A stretch of 64,000 bases of DNA from NCBI GenBank assembly GCA_965178125.1, contig OZ237742.1, forward strand, positions 186,001 to 250,000, read 5' to 3'. The notes below the pieces were generated by a model. That model was given only the letters and a program-made list of their open reading frames with translations, was not told where the DNA came from and did not search any database. Both the position numbers and the translations under genes were made by a program. The stretch is from Bilabrum cf. latius. Its lineage: Eukaryota. This document shows, one piece after another, positions 12,419-23,688 of the stretch; position 1 is the first letter of the stretch, and every line of letters begins with the position of its first letter.

Positions 12419-13207
12419 ATGTTCCTCTTAATTGCGACGTGTCTTGCAGCAGCTCTAACCTCGGTTCACGGCCGTCGCACGCGCAATCACGTTCTGCGCC
12501 AAGGCCAGAAGAGCCTCTAGCCGCCACCCTCTGCGCCCTCGGGCTCGGCAACGGAGCTATTCAATGGCGACCTAGAGTCGTACGATAGTGCAGATGGTTC
12601 CGCTTCAATTCGTGCGGGCCAGTGCCTGCGCTCGGGGGAGCATTTGATCAAGGACGTTGGCAAATTGCGCTCTGGCAGAAAGGGCAATGCTGATCACAGG
12701 TCGGTGTGGTTCACCAGGTACGAGCTGAGGATGCAGGATGACTGCAATGCAGTGCTTTACGAGCACAAGGCATTCGGAACCGCGGACGACAAGTACTTCG
12801 AGCACGACGAGCAAGGCCAAATTTCGCCAAACTACGACCAGAAGGAGGCGATAAATGGCTACAACCGGGGTCTGCGACGGACAGTTTGGTCAAGCGGCAC
12901 AGATGAACAAGGTGCTGGCTGCCAACTGGTGCTTCCCGAAGCGGGAGATGCCCCGAAGTAGTCGCTAGCAGTGGTAGCCGGCAATGGCACGATCGTGTGG
13001 TCCTCCGACGCAGAGCTGCAGTCATTCGAGATTTCGCCTTGTCTCAACAAAGAAGACCCCCGCATCCTCGCCACAGGGCCCGACGGCTCCCAGGTCGATG
13101 CTGTGCTGCCTGAAATCGAGGGGTGGAAGCCATACGGATGCGACAAGAAGTTCAAGCACAATGACGATTACCTGGGTCGGGGCGAGAACTGCCGGTACAT
13201 CGGTTAA
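12419..13207 (+). CDS. Secreted bulb-type (GNA/B-type) mannose-binding lectin domain protein
   Basis: ATG at 12419 with signal-peptide-like 'MFLLIATCLAAALTSVHG'. It has the QxDxNxVxY motif 'MQDDCNAVLY' plus 'VWSSGT' and 'IVWSS'. Two in-frame TAGs; ends at TAA 13205-13207. Confidence 0.75.
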
Positions 13208-13941
13208 TCAGGCAGAAGGCCAGCGGGGCCGCTGCCCCGGTTGTGCCAGCCGGTATGTAATAATCAGTGTGCACCTGACTCTCAATGCATCAACCAATCC
13301 CAAGGATCTGCTCAGCAATGCAACAACACAAGCGTACTATCGTGATTCGCTCGCACGCGCTGCACATCGCCAATAGCGACCCCCTCCCACCCTTAATCCA
13401 TACCCGAGGTCTTGTTCCCGCCCACCTGCGACCCATTGCACATGGACTCAAATCCTCGTCCCGCCTCGCGCCACGAGGCGCAGTGGCGCGAGGCGCACAT
13501 GGACTGGGACCGAAGCGCGGCCCCTATGGAGAGACGGCCACGGCCACACGCAGCAGCGCTCCCACCACCACGTCCCCGATCCAGTGACAGCCAAAGTATA
13601 CCCGGCCTAAAGCGACAAGTGGGGTGACGGTCTACAGCCACCACGTTTCAGTGTGCCATGCTACGGCTACAGGACCGCTTGCCGATGCGGCAGTGTCGCC
13701 GCTCGGAAATTGCTCGTTCCATACACCTCATGTCTGGGGGAGGGCAGATCGAGCCACCGATGGCCGTCTGCACAGCGTTCAAGAATCCACTCAGTTCCTG
13801 CCGTTGCGCCCCCTCCTTGATCCTCTGCACCACCTACCTCATCTTTGGAATTGCTGCTCCCTTGGATGACCAAAACAGAGGGCGCTGTGTGCGCTGCATT
13901 GTCGTACCGTCACCGGCGAACATGAATCTCTACAAGCCGTC

Positions 13942-14407
13942 GGTTGCGGTGATGCTAGGCATGGGGCAGCGAGAAACAGCCATGAAGCTGCTCATGCTAT
14001 GATTTCCAGAGGGAGCTGGTCGGTATCGGCAGGGGGCCATCCGAGGAGGAAGACCCACATGGCGATCCCGTGATGCTATGGCCCTTGCGAGCAGTGGACA
14101 TTGCGGCACGGCTTGGGGCACGTCCTTGGAACATGGCAGGTCCCAGCTTCATAGCCAAGACTCAGCAGCCTTCGCGCACGGAGCCTACCGGACACGGAAA
14201 AACTGCTGCGACCTTGCCACTTCCCGCGGCCTCGAAACGAACCTTCACGAATGCGGTAAAGTGGTGCGGGAAAGAAATCGGATCGAAGCGGCGGCTCGAT
14301 CACTTCAAAAGACATATCATGGCTGTAGTGGCCAAGGGGTTAGAGCGTCTAGAAGGAGGGAGGGACAAATGGGCCGACTACCTTGACGCTGAAACGGCTG
14401 GCATGGC
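13942..14407 (+). repeat. Dispersed direct duplication, copy 2 (covers the upstream/5' region of the ABCG gene)
   Basis: Matches 11830-12257. Confidence 0.9.
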
Positions 14408-17400
14408 AACAGCACGGCCTCGGGTGGAGGTACAGCTCGACAAGGCGTCCGTAGTGCTTACCACAACAAAGGCAGCCGGGGCCCCGGACGGCCTCCTTGG
14501 CTTTTTTGGTCGTACTCTTACGTGCGGATTGACAACATCGGACGAGTTTCAGTTTCCGGCCATTGCTTCGACAACGAGTGAGTGCCACGGATCGCATCAG
14601 CAGCACGATTGTGCCCTCCATGAACTCCAGCATCGAATAAACGACTTCTGACAGGCACAACCATTGTTTAAGTTAGTCTTGAATTTAAATTCTTGACTAC
14701 GACAGCGCATAGTAGCACCGGTGTACTGCGCACCAACTGCAACGTCACCCTATTATTCCGCCACGTCGCGCAGTGAAGCTTCGTCCTGGGACCATGACGT
14801 TGGTTCTTGCGAACCCCGGAGGCGGGTCTACTACTCTTTTGAAGCTTCTCTCTGCAAGGGCATCTCCTAGCAAAGGTGCGGTCAAATTCAACGGGACCGC
14901 CGTGGATGAGCTGGGCGCGCAAGGCGTTGATGCCAGGAGAGTAGCGGCATACATCGATCAGTCTGATGTGCACGAGCCTCTCTTTACTGTCAGAGAAACA
15001 TTCGAAGTAAGTTTATCACCAAACCTTGGTTATGGTTATCATCTGCGTCTGCAACCTGGTATCATCCAGCATCAGGTTCCGCGAGGTGTTGCGAGCAGAT
15101 CCACCACACTTATTTGCCTTTTGCTGCCTCCTCTCGGGCCGCAGTTTGCCGCAAACTCTTCGTTCGGAGGCTCAGTGACCGCCAAGGGAGCTCCTTCCCA
15201 GGATTTCACCTCGGCACCGAACCGTGCCGAGGCGATGGCCAGGCTCCTCGATTTGGAGACGTGCGCCGACACGGTCGTGGGCGACTAGAATGTGCGCGGC
15301 ATCAGCGGGGGCCAGAAGAGGCGCACCTCCATTGGAGAGATCCTGCTGACGGAGCCGAGGGTCCTCTGCGGAGACGAGATCACCGCGGGTCTGGACGCCG
15401 CTGTCGCCGAGGAGATCACACGCAGGATGCAGCAGTACGCCCGCCGCACCGATGCCACAGTTGTTCTCTCTCTCAAGCAGGCCACGCCCGAGACGTACAA
15501 TCTCTTCGACGACGTCGTGCTCCTCAGCGACGGGCACGTCATCTACCACGGGCCCAGGGAGGAGCTCGAGGACAACCTCGCGAGGAGGGGCTTCCCTGCA
15601 CCAGAGGAGGGCGACTTCGCCGACTGGCTGGCCGCACTCGTCACAGATCCCACCCTGGCGCTGCCCCCGAACTACACCGGGCAAGTTCCCACGGGCGAGG
15701 CCATGTCCACGGGCCCCAACGGCTGGTACTCCTCCGAGGCCTTCACGACGGCCATGGGACGCAAGCCCCCTGCCCGGTCCTCGGTCAACCAGGGCCTCAA
15801 CCGACCCGGGGAACAGAGGGAGGAATACGACGATCTGCCCGCTTTTCTGGACAGCAGTGAGTACCTTAAGGTGCGCTTCGGCTCCGGATCGGACTATGGG
15901 GGCCTGTCACGGTTCGGCTCGATGCTGAACAGACAGTTCAACCTGACCATCCGCAACCCGGTGCTGACGTTCGTGCGCTTCCAGCAGGCCATCTTCCTCG
16001 GGCTGCTCTTCGGCGGAACGTTCTTCCAACCCGACGTGGACGAGTTCGCACCTCGCCTTGGCGTGGCCATCTTTGTGTCGATCAACGTCAGTTTCGGGAA
16101 TTTCCCAGAGCTCCAGTCCACCATGGCGGGGCGAGCCACCGCCTACAAGCTCTCCAGGGCCGGTCTCTTCGACGAGTTTTCGTACGTAGCATCTGTGTGG
16201 CTGGTGCACGCCCCCTTCGCCATCCTCAACTCGCTGGTGCTATCGCTGAGCATTTACTTTATGGTGGACTTCACCAACGAGGCCAGCCGCTTCTTCTTCT
16301 TCTGGCTCATCGTCGCTGGCGTGGAGCTCGCCATGTCGGGCTGGTTCCGATTCGTGACGTACGCGAGCCCCCGGCAGGAGCTGGCCCAAACCCTGGCGGG
16401 CGCCTCCACCGGCGTGTTCTTGCTCATGGCGGGCTTCTTGGTGACCCGGACCAACATCCCCGAGTTCATGCGCTGGCTCTACTACATCTCCCCGTTCAGC
16501 TGGGCCGTCCGCTCCCTCGCCCTCAACGAGTTCTTCGCGGACCGTTACGACGAGCCCCTGGAGGTCGCGGGCGGCGGGCCACCCATGGGCAACAACATGA
16601 CTGGCGGGATGACCGCGCCTGCCGATCCCCCGCTCAAGCGCAACGCTTTCCTGGATGTGTTCGAGATCCAGCGGGACCCCAAGGATGCGTGGCAGTGGGG
16701 CACCGTGGGCGTGCTGTACGGCTACTGGATCCTCTTCGCGGTAGTCCTCTCGGGCCTCGCCGTGACCTACTGCAAGTACGACTCGAGGCCGGGCACGCAG
16801 CGCATCCACGACGAGGAGGCGCGCAAGGAGATGTCCAAGCAGCGCACGCTGAGCCGGAGGTCGCCATCGCCTGGGCCCGGCAAGATGGCCGCACGTGCGC
16901 AGGACGAGGAGGGCGGGCCCGCTGCCTCTCCTTCAGGCGTATCTCCGGCGCAGGATGCTCCCGAGGACCCTCCCAAGCGCACGTCCAGCCTGGCCGCTGC
17001 AGCGTCTAGGTTTGAAGCAGCCACCCTGAGCTTCTAGAACATCCGCTACTCGGTGACGGTCCCCTCGGAGGGCGCCTTCATGGACAAGGCCAAGCGCGAG
17101 GTGCAGCAGTTCGAGGCCTTCAACAAGAAGAGGACAGAGGCCGGCTTCAAGGTGCCAGACACGGAGGACTCGGTGCCCAAGGAGCCAGAGGTGAACAACG
17201 GGACCATCGAGCTCAAGCTGCTGCGAGGAATCTCGGGCGTGGCACAGCCCAGGCGGATGATCTGCCTCATGGGCGCCTCGGGCGCTGGCAAGACCACGCT
17301 CATGGACGTGCTGGCGGGCCGCAAGACCCAGGGCAAGGAGAGCGGGGAGGTCCTGGTGAACGGCAAGGTCATGTCCAAGGACGAGCGCTCGAGCCTCATC

Positions 17401-19300
17401 GCCTACTGCGAGCAGACGGACGAGCACCTGCCCACCAACACGGTCGAGGAGTCGCTGGAATTCTCGGCGCAGCTGAGGCTGGACGCCGACATGGCCAACG
17501 ATTCGGAGCTGAGGGCTGCCTTTGTCCAGGAAATCATGAGGCTGCTGGAGCTGGACTCGATCCGGGGCAGGCCCGCGGGATCGCTTGCAATGGGTGAGGC
17601 CAAGCGCCTGACCATCGGCTGCGAGCTGGCGGCCAACCCGAGCCTGCTCTTCCTGGACGAGCCCACCACGGGGCTGGACGCCAGGTCGGCGGCCCAGGTC
17701 ATGCGCGTGCTGCGGAACGTGTCCGACACGGGCCGCACCGTGGTGTGCACGATCCATCAGCCGAGCTATGACGTGTTTGCGGCCTTCGACGACCTGCTGC
17801 TGCTGGCCCAGGGCGGGCGGCAGGTGTACTTTGGTCCCATCGGAGAGAACTGCGCAACGTTCTCGCAGTATCTGCAGGGCGCGCCCACCGTGTCAAAGCT
17901 GCCGCACCGAGTGAACCCCGCCACCTGGATGCTCACCGAGCTTGACGACGAGCTCGCGCGCATGAGGCGCATCGCCGCCGGCACTTCCTCCCCCACGAGT
18001 GGATCTAAACCAGCCGAGAAGGCCAGCAATGGGGCCAGCGGTGCGTCAGCTGCAGCGGCTGCCGTCAGCCCGGGCGATTCGGAGGAGAAGACGAGCGGGG
18101 CTGCGGCGGCCGGGGGAGCGGAGGCCGCTGACGCCGAGGCGCTGCAGCTGCGGCACCCGCTTTTGTTCGAGCGCTTCAGCCAGTCCGAGGCTGCCGAGCA
18201 GGCGCAGCAGCTCGTTTCTCGGGAGAAGGCTCGCGGCGAGGCGGATGGGGCCCGCAAGGTCTAGGGGAGGGAGAAGGTGGGCGGGCTCGTGCGGTTCTGG
18301 GCGGTGCTGTACCGCACCTTCGCCGACAACTACAGGAACACGTCGTTCAACGGCGCTCGTTTCGTGACCCTCGCAGTGCTTGCAGCCATCTTCGGGCTCA
18401 TGTTCTTCGACCTGGACGTGAACAAGGACCAGGGCTCCGTGCTGTCCATGCTGGGAGTGCTGCAGGCCGCCGCTGGGTTCGGCGGGATCATCTCCTTCAC
18501 CACCCAGGTGCCCCTACTGTTCGACATGCGGCCCGTGTTCTACAGGGAGCGGTCCGCAGGGCTGTACTCTGCCTCGAACTACTTCGTGGCCATGTCGATC
18601 AAGGAGGTGCTCTACCTGGCGCTGCTGTCTCTCGTCTTCACCCCCATCGTGTACTCGCTCGTGGACTTGCGCTGGGACGAGACGAGCGTGTTCTGGGAGA
18701 CAGTCGCGTCCGTGTACGTGACGGCCATCTGGCTCTCGTGGCTGGCGCAGTTCTTCGTGACCGCCTTCCCCTCGGCGCAGGTGGCGCAGATCCTCGTGGG
18801 CGTGCTGCTCAACAACGGTGAGAATGAGATTGAGAATGCACTGGTCGTTCGTTCGTGGACTGCACCGCATGCAAGCCGGCCTCTCATTCTTCGAACTGCC
18901 TTCACCCTGCGTGTTCACTCTTCTTTTGTTTCCCGCAGTCAACCTGTTCAACGGAATCTTTGTGTCCGGGGTCAAGAACTACAGCGACGTGTTCCGCTGG
19001 ATTACGTACATCAACCCTCTGTTCCTGGTGAACGTGCCTCTGGCCCTCACCCAGGCTCACTGCTTCGAGGCAGGGGAGGGTGCGAGCGAGCAGGAGCGGA
19101 TCGCCGCCGGGTGCCCCACGATTGAGGTACTCAGGGACGGCGTGGCGCGCGTTGAGACGGTGGAGGCGTACATCGAGGACTTTGTAGACGCCAAGTACGA
19201 AGACAGGTGGATCTACTACGTGGCCATCCTGGCGGTGGCCGTGTTTTTCCAGCTCGTCGCCCAGCTGCTTGGAACGTACGTGAACTACCAAAAGCGCTGA
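14133..19300 (+). CDS. Full-size ABCG / pleiotropic drug resistance (PDR-type) transporter, NBD-TMD-NBD-TMD
   Basis: Motifs 'PRVEVQ', 'RGISGGQKRR', 'DEITAGLD', TMD1, 'GASGAGKTTLMDVLAGRK', 'LFLDEPTTGLD', 'CTIHQPS', 'VFYRERSAGLY'. Predicted introns 14578-14773, 15007-15144 and 18818-18938. In-frame TAGs at 15286, 17035 and 18262; stop TGA 19298-19300. Start is uncertain (ATG 14073, 14133 or 14319). Confidence 0.93.
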
Positions 19301-19849
19301 ATCGCCAAGTGCTTCATGGAGGACGCAGGAGGCAGGGTTGAAGATGGGGAGGTTGAACAGTTGACTGACTGCAATGATCGTGGATTGACACGAACTTTTT
19401 GACCAAGCCAAGCGTTTCGGCTGTCTGAATCCACCCGCCGGTCGAGCACTCGGCAAGCCTCGCTACTTTCAAGAATGGTATCTATTCAATTGGATCCGAG
19501 GTTGACAGGAGCAGCCGATGAGGACTAGGACCCCGGGGTGGAGCGGCTGGCGTACGAGAACCTGAAGGTGCAGCGGGCGAAGTTTAGAATTGGTCGTCCA
19601 TGATGTCCTCCAGCACACCCTCGTGCTTCTAGCGCCATAAGACGCAGTTGTGGGACGACTATAAAACGTTGCACTTGTAGCGGGACGTCCACGCGCCGCC
19701 CTGAGGCGAGAGGCATAGGCTGTGCCGCACAGCCACCAGAAAAAATACATTGTTGGGTAAAGATTCCGTAAGCACCCAGATGCACCGTCGCCCCCGAAGG
19801 AGTTTGGGTGATCACCTAGATCCATAGGAGCCCTAAAACAAGGACTACA

Positions 19850-22800
19850 AGACCCCCGACCCTTTCAGGCCAAAGGCCCCCCAATCTCAGCCTACACCGC
19901 CGAGTCCCCTTTATTCGCCATCAATGTGGTCCCCCACAAGCCCTCAGCCTGATACCTTCACAGGGAGAAAGCATACAGGTGCGGAGCATGTGCCCGGCAC
20001 AAAGCGCGGTCCAGTCCCACATCAGGGTCCCCTGCCGGGACCCACCATTTCCTCCTCCATGACCGTCTCTGCGTCTCACGATCCTTCAGAGAGGCTAGCA
20101 TGCACGCGCTCATGCCTTTGGCCCATTGCCTCTCTATGTCCCTTAGCAAGCCGTGGGGCTTAAACATCCGTCGCTGTAGCCGAGCGTTCGCATTGGTTGC
20201 CGCTATCAGCTCTTGCGTGGCCGTGGCGGCAAGAGCAGCCGCCGCATCGCCTCGCATCCACTGCCTGCACGTCAGCTACTCCTGCTAGCGCAGCTGGTTC
20301 CTGATCACCTGCACCACTCGGTTGGCCAGCTCCTTGACAGCTGTCCGTTCCGATGACCGCGCAATCGTACGCTCTATCCGAGTGAGTGCGTCTTCGACGA
20401 TTGGCTTGGCCCTGCTGGTGCGCTCCAGCTTCTCGTCCCAAGGGTCCTGAGCGAGAGCTGTCTTCGCCCATGCTTTCCGGAGGGAGGCAGGGGACCTCCC
20501 TCTATTCTGATCCGCATCATCGGGTTGCCACGGTCTCGTTCCGGCATGATGGTCATGCTCGGCCCGCTCCATCTGCTCTACCGCGGTGCCCATCACTTGA
20601 AGGTTGGGCGTGCCCTGTTGCGGGTATTGTCCAGCTCGGATGCGCAGAATTCGTCTTCCTTGGTGGCCGTATTCCTGCACCACCGCTGCTGTTGGCATGG
20701 CTCCTGGTCCGAAGGCATACCGTCCCTTCGTTGCGTACCGGTTAAGCATGACCACTCCGAGCGCAGCTCTCTCCCGGTCCCAATCCGACAGTGCCGGATC
20801 GTGCGAGCATCCCAGGCTCAGGCTTGTGAACGATCGGTCAGCAGCTCCGGATTTGGATTTCCTCCACTTTGTGACTTTTTTTGCAGTCTCCTGGCATCCC
20901 AGCCAGTCCTTCGCGTCATCGATCCGGTGGGTCCACCCTGCCATCTTGATCCTGAATCCCAGTGCCAGCGCGGCCCCGAGTGGGCCTGTCTGTACTGGTG
21001 GTCCCTGCAGGAATCGGCCCTGGTGGATGAACCTGGCCGCAACATCAAGGCCCTTCTTCGAGGGACACTCGATCAGGTCCAGCAGGCCCATAGCAACACG
21101 CCCTGCTGCCGATGCCGTCAGCAGCTCAGTGTCCATCGCAAGGTTTGGCACGTATCGACCGCCCATGGTGAAGGGCCTTACCTGTGTCGATCCGCTGACA
21201 ATCATCCAGCGCGTATCCAGCAGGAATTTGTCCAGCATCTTGAGGACTTCCAGGTTCAGTTCCATCCCGTAGAAAACTTGGGAACCATATCCTAATCCTG
21301 ACAAGGTGTCCCATCCTGTTGCACATGCCGCTGCCTCTGCTCCGTAGAATGCACTCGTGATTGCTCCTGCATGGAGCAGCTGGGCGTGCAGGGAGACCGC
21401 CCAGTTGCCGTTCACCGCCGCTCGTGTGATGTCCCTGGCCGCCCGGTACGCCATCGCAATCCTCCTGCGTACGTGGGGTGCCATATCAATTACCCAGATG
21501 TCTCTCGCCTGCGTCAGCCCAGCTACTTCATCTGGGCTGATCCGTACTGGTTGGGTCGAAATGAGTAGACCGAGGTACAGGTAGGATGAGGCAAGTGGGA
21601 TGGTCCACTCCCCATCCGTCTCTCCCGCGTCCGCTGCTCTGCATGCGACGCCCTCTGGCATGTCCCCAGGAATTGAGTCCCGAGCGTAGCCAAAGGCCAT
21701 GATCGCTGTCTTGGTTCCCTGGCCCGATGCTGTCAGGGGCTTGATTCCCAGCTACATGCCCGCAAGTGCAAACAGGCTCTTGACTAGCTTCATGACCGCC
21801 ACTGCTTCGTTCCAGTTCGACGTCAGTGCCACGTAGTCGTCTGCGTACCCGACTTGTCCACATTCAACGTATCGTCCGGTGTCGGTCACGATCCTTTGAT
21901 GGTGCCCGTGCTGGAGCCTCTCTTTCCGCAGCGTTTCCAGGAGAACCCCCATCAGTACCAGGAAGATGGTGGGAGACAGAATCTCGCCCTAGGGGGTGCC
22001 CGCCGTCTTCTGCACTCTGGTAGAGACCCTCCTGGTGAGTGGGTCTCGAACGCGGATGGCCACCTGCATGCGGGCCATGAGAAAGCGGACCGTCTGGCGT
22101 CCCCATCCTTGCTCCGTCATGATGGCCTCGATGATGTTCCACTTGCAACTGTCAAATGCTCCTTTGATGTCAAAGAATACCAGAAAACCTCCAGCACCCC
22201 TTCGTTGGGTAATCCATTCCATCACCGCTGAGTAGGCCTGCTGGCAGTTCTTGCCGATGCGAAATCCGGCCTAATCCTGGCCGAAGAGTCCGTGGTTTTC
22301 GCAGTACCACACGACCTTCTGGTTTGTGATGGTGCTTACGACCTTCGAGAGAGCCGAGGTCCAGCATATTGGCCTGAGTTCGTCGACTCCTGTGACTCCT
22401 GTGCCCTGCTTGCGCTTGGAGACCGGCCGCATGAACCCCTCCTGAAAGGCCTCAGGCTGAATCCCCGAGAAGAGTGTGAGATTATAAATGGCCCTGAGGA
22501 GGTCCAACAGAGCGTCACTTCGCCGCAGACACCCGTCCTCCTCAGAGCATGGCTAGCATTTGGTCAGCAATTCCGCCCTGATCCCATCAGGTCCCACAGC
22601 TTTGTTGTGCTTGAGCTTGTCCAGTGCTTGATCCACCTCTGCGTTCGACCTGCAGAATAGGTTGAGCGGTGTCGCTGCCCTGGGCATGTGCGGCGCAATC
22701 CTGGCCATAAATCCGCCCACATCCGCACTTCCATTCCCACCTGCGCGAGAGAGCTGCTGTGCGTGTGCCTCTAGGATATCCTCGACGGCCGTAAGCACCT

Positions 22801-23610
22801 CTCCGCCTAGGTTCGTGATTGGTTCCAGTCCTGGTGCAGCTCGTTGCCTTCTAGAGATTGCATCAGCGATCTATCGGTGGGCTTCCCTCGGACTTGCTGT
22901 TCCCAGCATGTTCCGCAGTGCGTGGCCCGTCCTGCGTGCCCCTCGCTCGGTGGTCTCGAAGACAGCCCGTCGATCATGGTCCAGGTTGGCAAGGAGCATC
23001 GTCCAGTACTCCTGTCCCTCATGGGCCTACTGGTTCACCTCTGTGCTCCCCCAGAGTGTTGCCTGCATCCGTCCATCTAGCCCCCGCTGTCGCCCTTCGA
23101 GGCGCAGGCTGGCTCGGCGATGTGCAGCCAAGCATGTTCTGGCCTCTGAAAGAGCTTGTTCCGTGGTTGGTCCCGCGATAAGGGCCTTGAGGCTGGCATG
23201 GGCTTTTCCCCACGTTTCAGCCCATCTCGTCCGTGCCGCCCAGGTCCTGCGGTGGCGCTTGCGTGACGCTTCCACGTGCCCGGCCTGGCCGGTGTTTGCC
23301 ATTTGTCGGCCTGTAACAGTCTCGGCTGCTGCCGTGAAACATCCTTGCAGGAGCAGTTTGACGGAGGACACGGCCTGCGTAACCGCTTGCCCTGCAGCCT
23401 CTCGGTCAGCCGAGGTTCCCGTCGAGCTTTTGAGGTCGCGAATTGCGTCGAGCACACAATGAGTGATGTCGCGGACTGCACTTGTAGCCTACCCGAATTC
23501 CTTGACGTAATAGTCCCAAACCAGGCGTTCTTGCTGCACATGCATGTCGGACACCCGTGAGTACGCTGCCCTGAAGGGGGCGTCATCGTCCTGCTCGCCA
23601 CCTCTTGCGA
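19850..23610 (-). mobile_element. 5'-truncated non-LTR (LINE-like) retrotransposon
   Basis: Long minus-strand RT frame followed by a short 3' region with AATAAA (about 19910-19915). No start codon or endonuclease domain seen upstream. Ends are approximate. Confidence 0.8.
19958..23610 (-). CDS. Non-LTR retrotransposon reverse transcriptase ORF (5'-truncated, TAG=Gln)
   Basis: 'KAVGPDGI', 'LRPICWTS', 'D(TAG)AGFR', 'FFDIKGAFDS', 'GTP(TAG)GEILSP', 'GYADDY' and 'YLYLGL' all lie in one frame that ends at TGA 19960-19958. Confidence 0.9.
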
Positions 23611-23688
23611 GCGAGGTTGCGTGCGAATTGAGAGTTTCACGAGAAAAATCGCAAAACTACGGGAGATATTTCCTTTTGTTGCAAAGGT

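Noticed and set aside
14255-14320. 'KWCGKEIGSKRRLDHFKRH' as a transposase zinc finger
   Set aside because: The Cys/His set is incomplete and the frame runs directly into the ABCG N-terminus.
10499-15288. TAG = Glu, since TAG precedes 'LVVVDDGS' in GT2 and follows 'VVGD' in the ABC, where Glu is common
   Set aside because: Those columns are variable. The strongly conserved motifs and the poly-Gln tracts point to Gln.
19469-19825. Short minus-strand ORFs between the ABCG gene and the LINE
   Set aside because: No recognisable motif or consistent frame under either code.
19830-19840. Telomere-like CCCTAAAA near the LINE 3' end
   Set aside because: A single unit, which is expected by chance.
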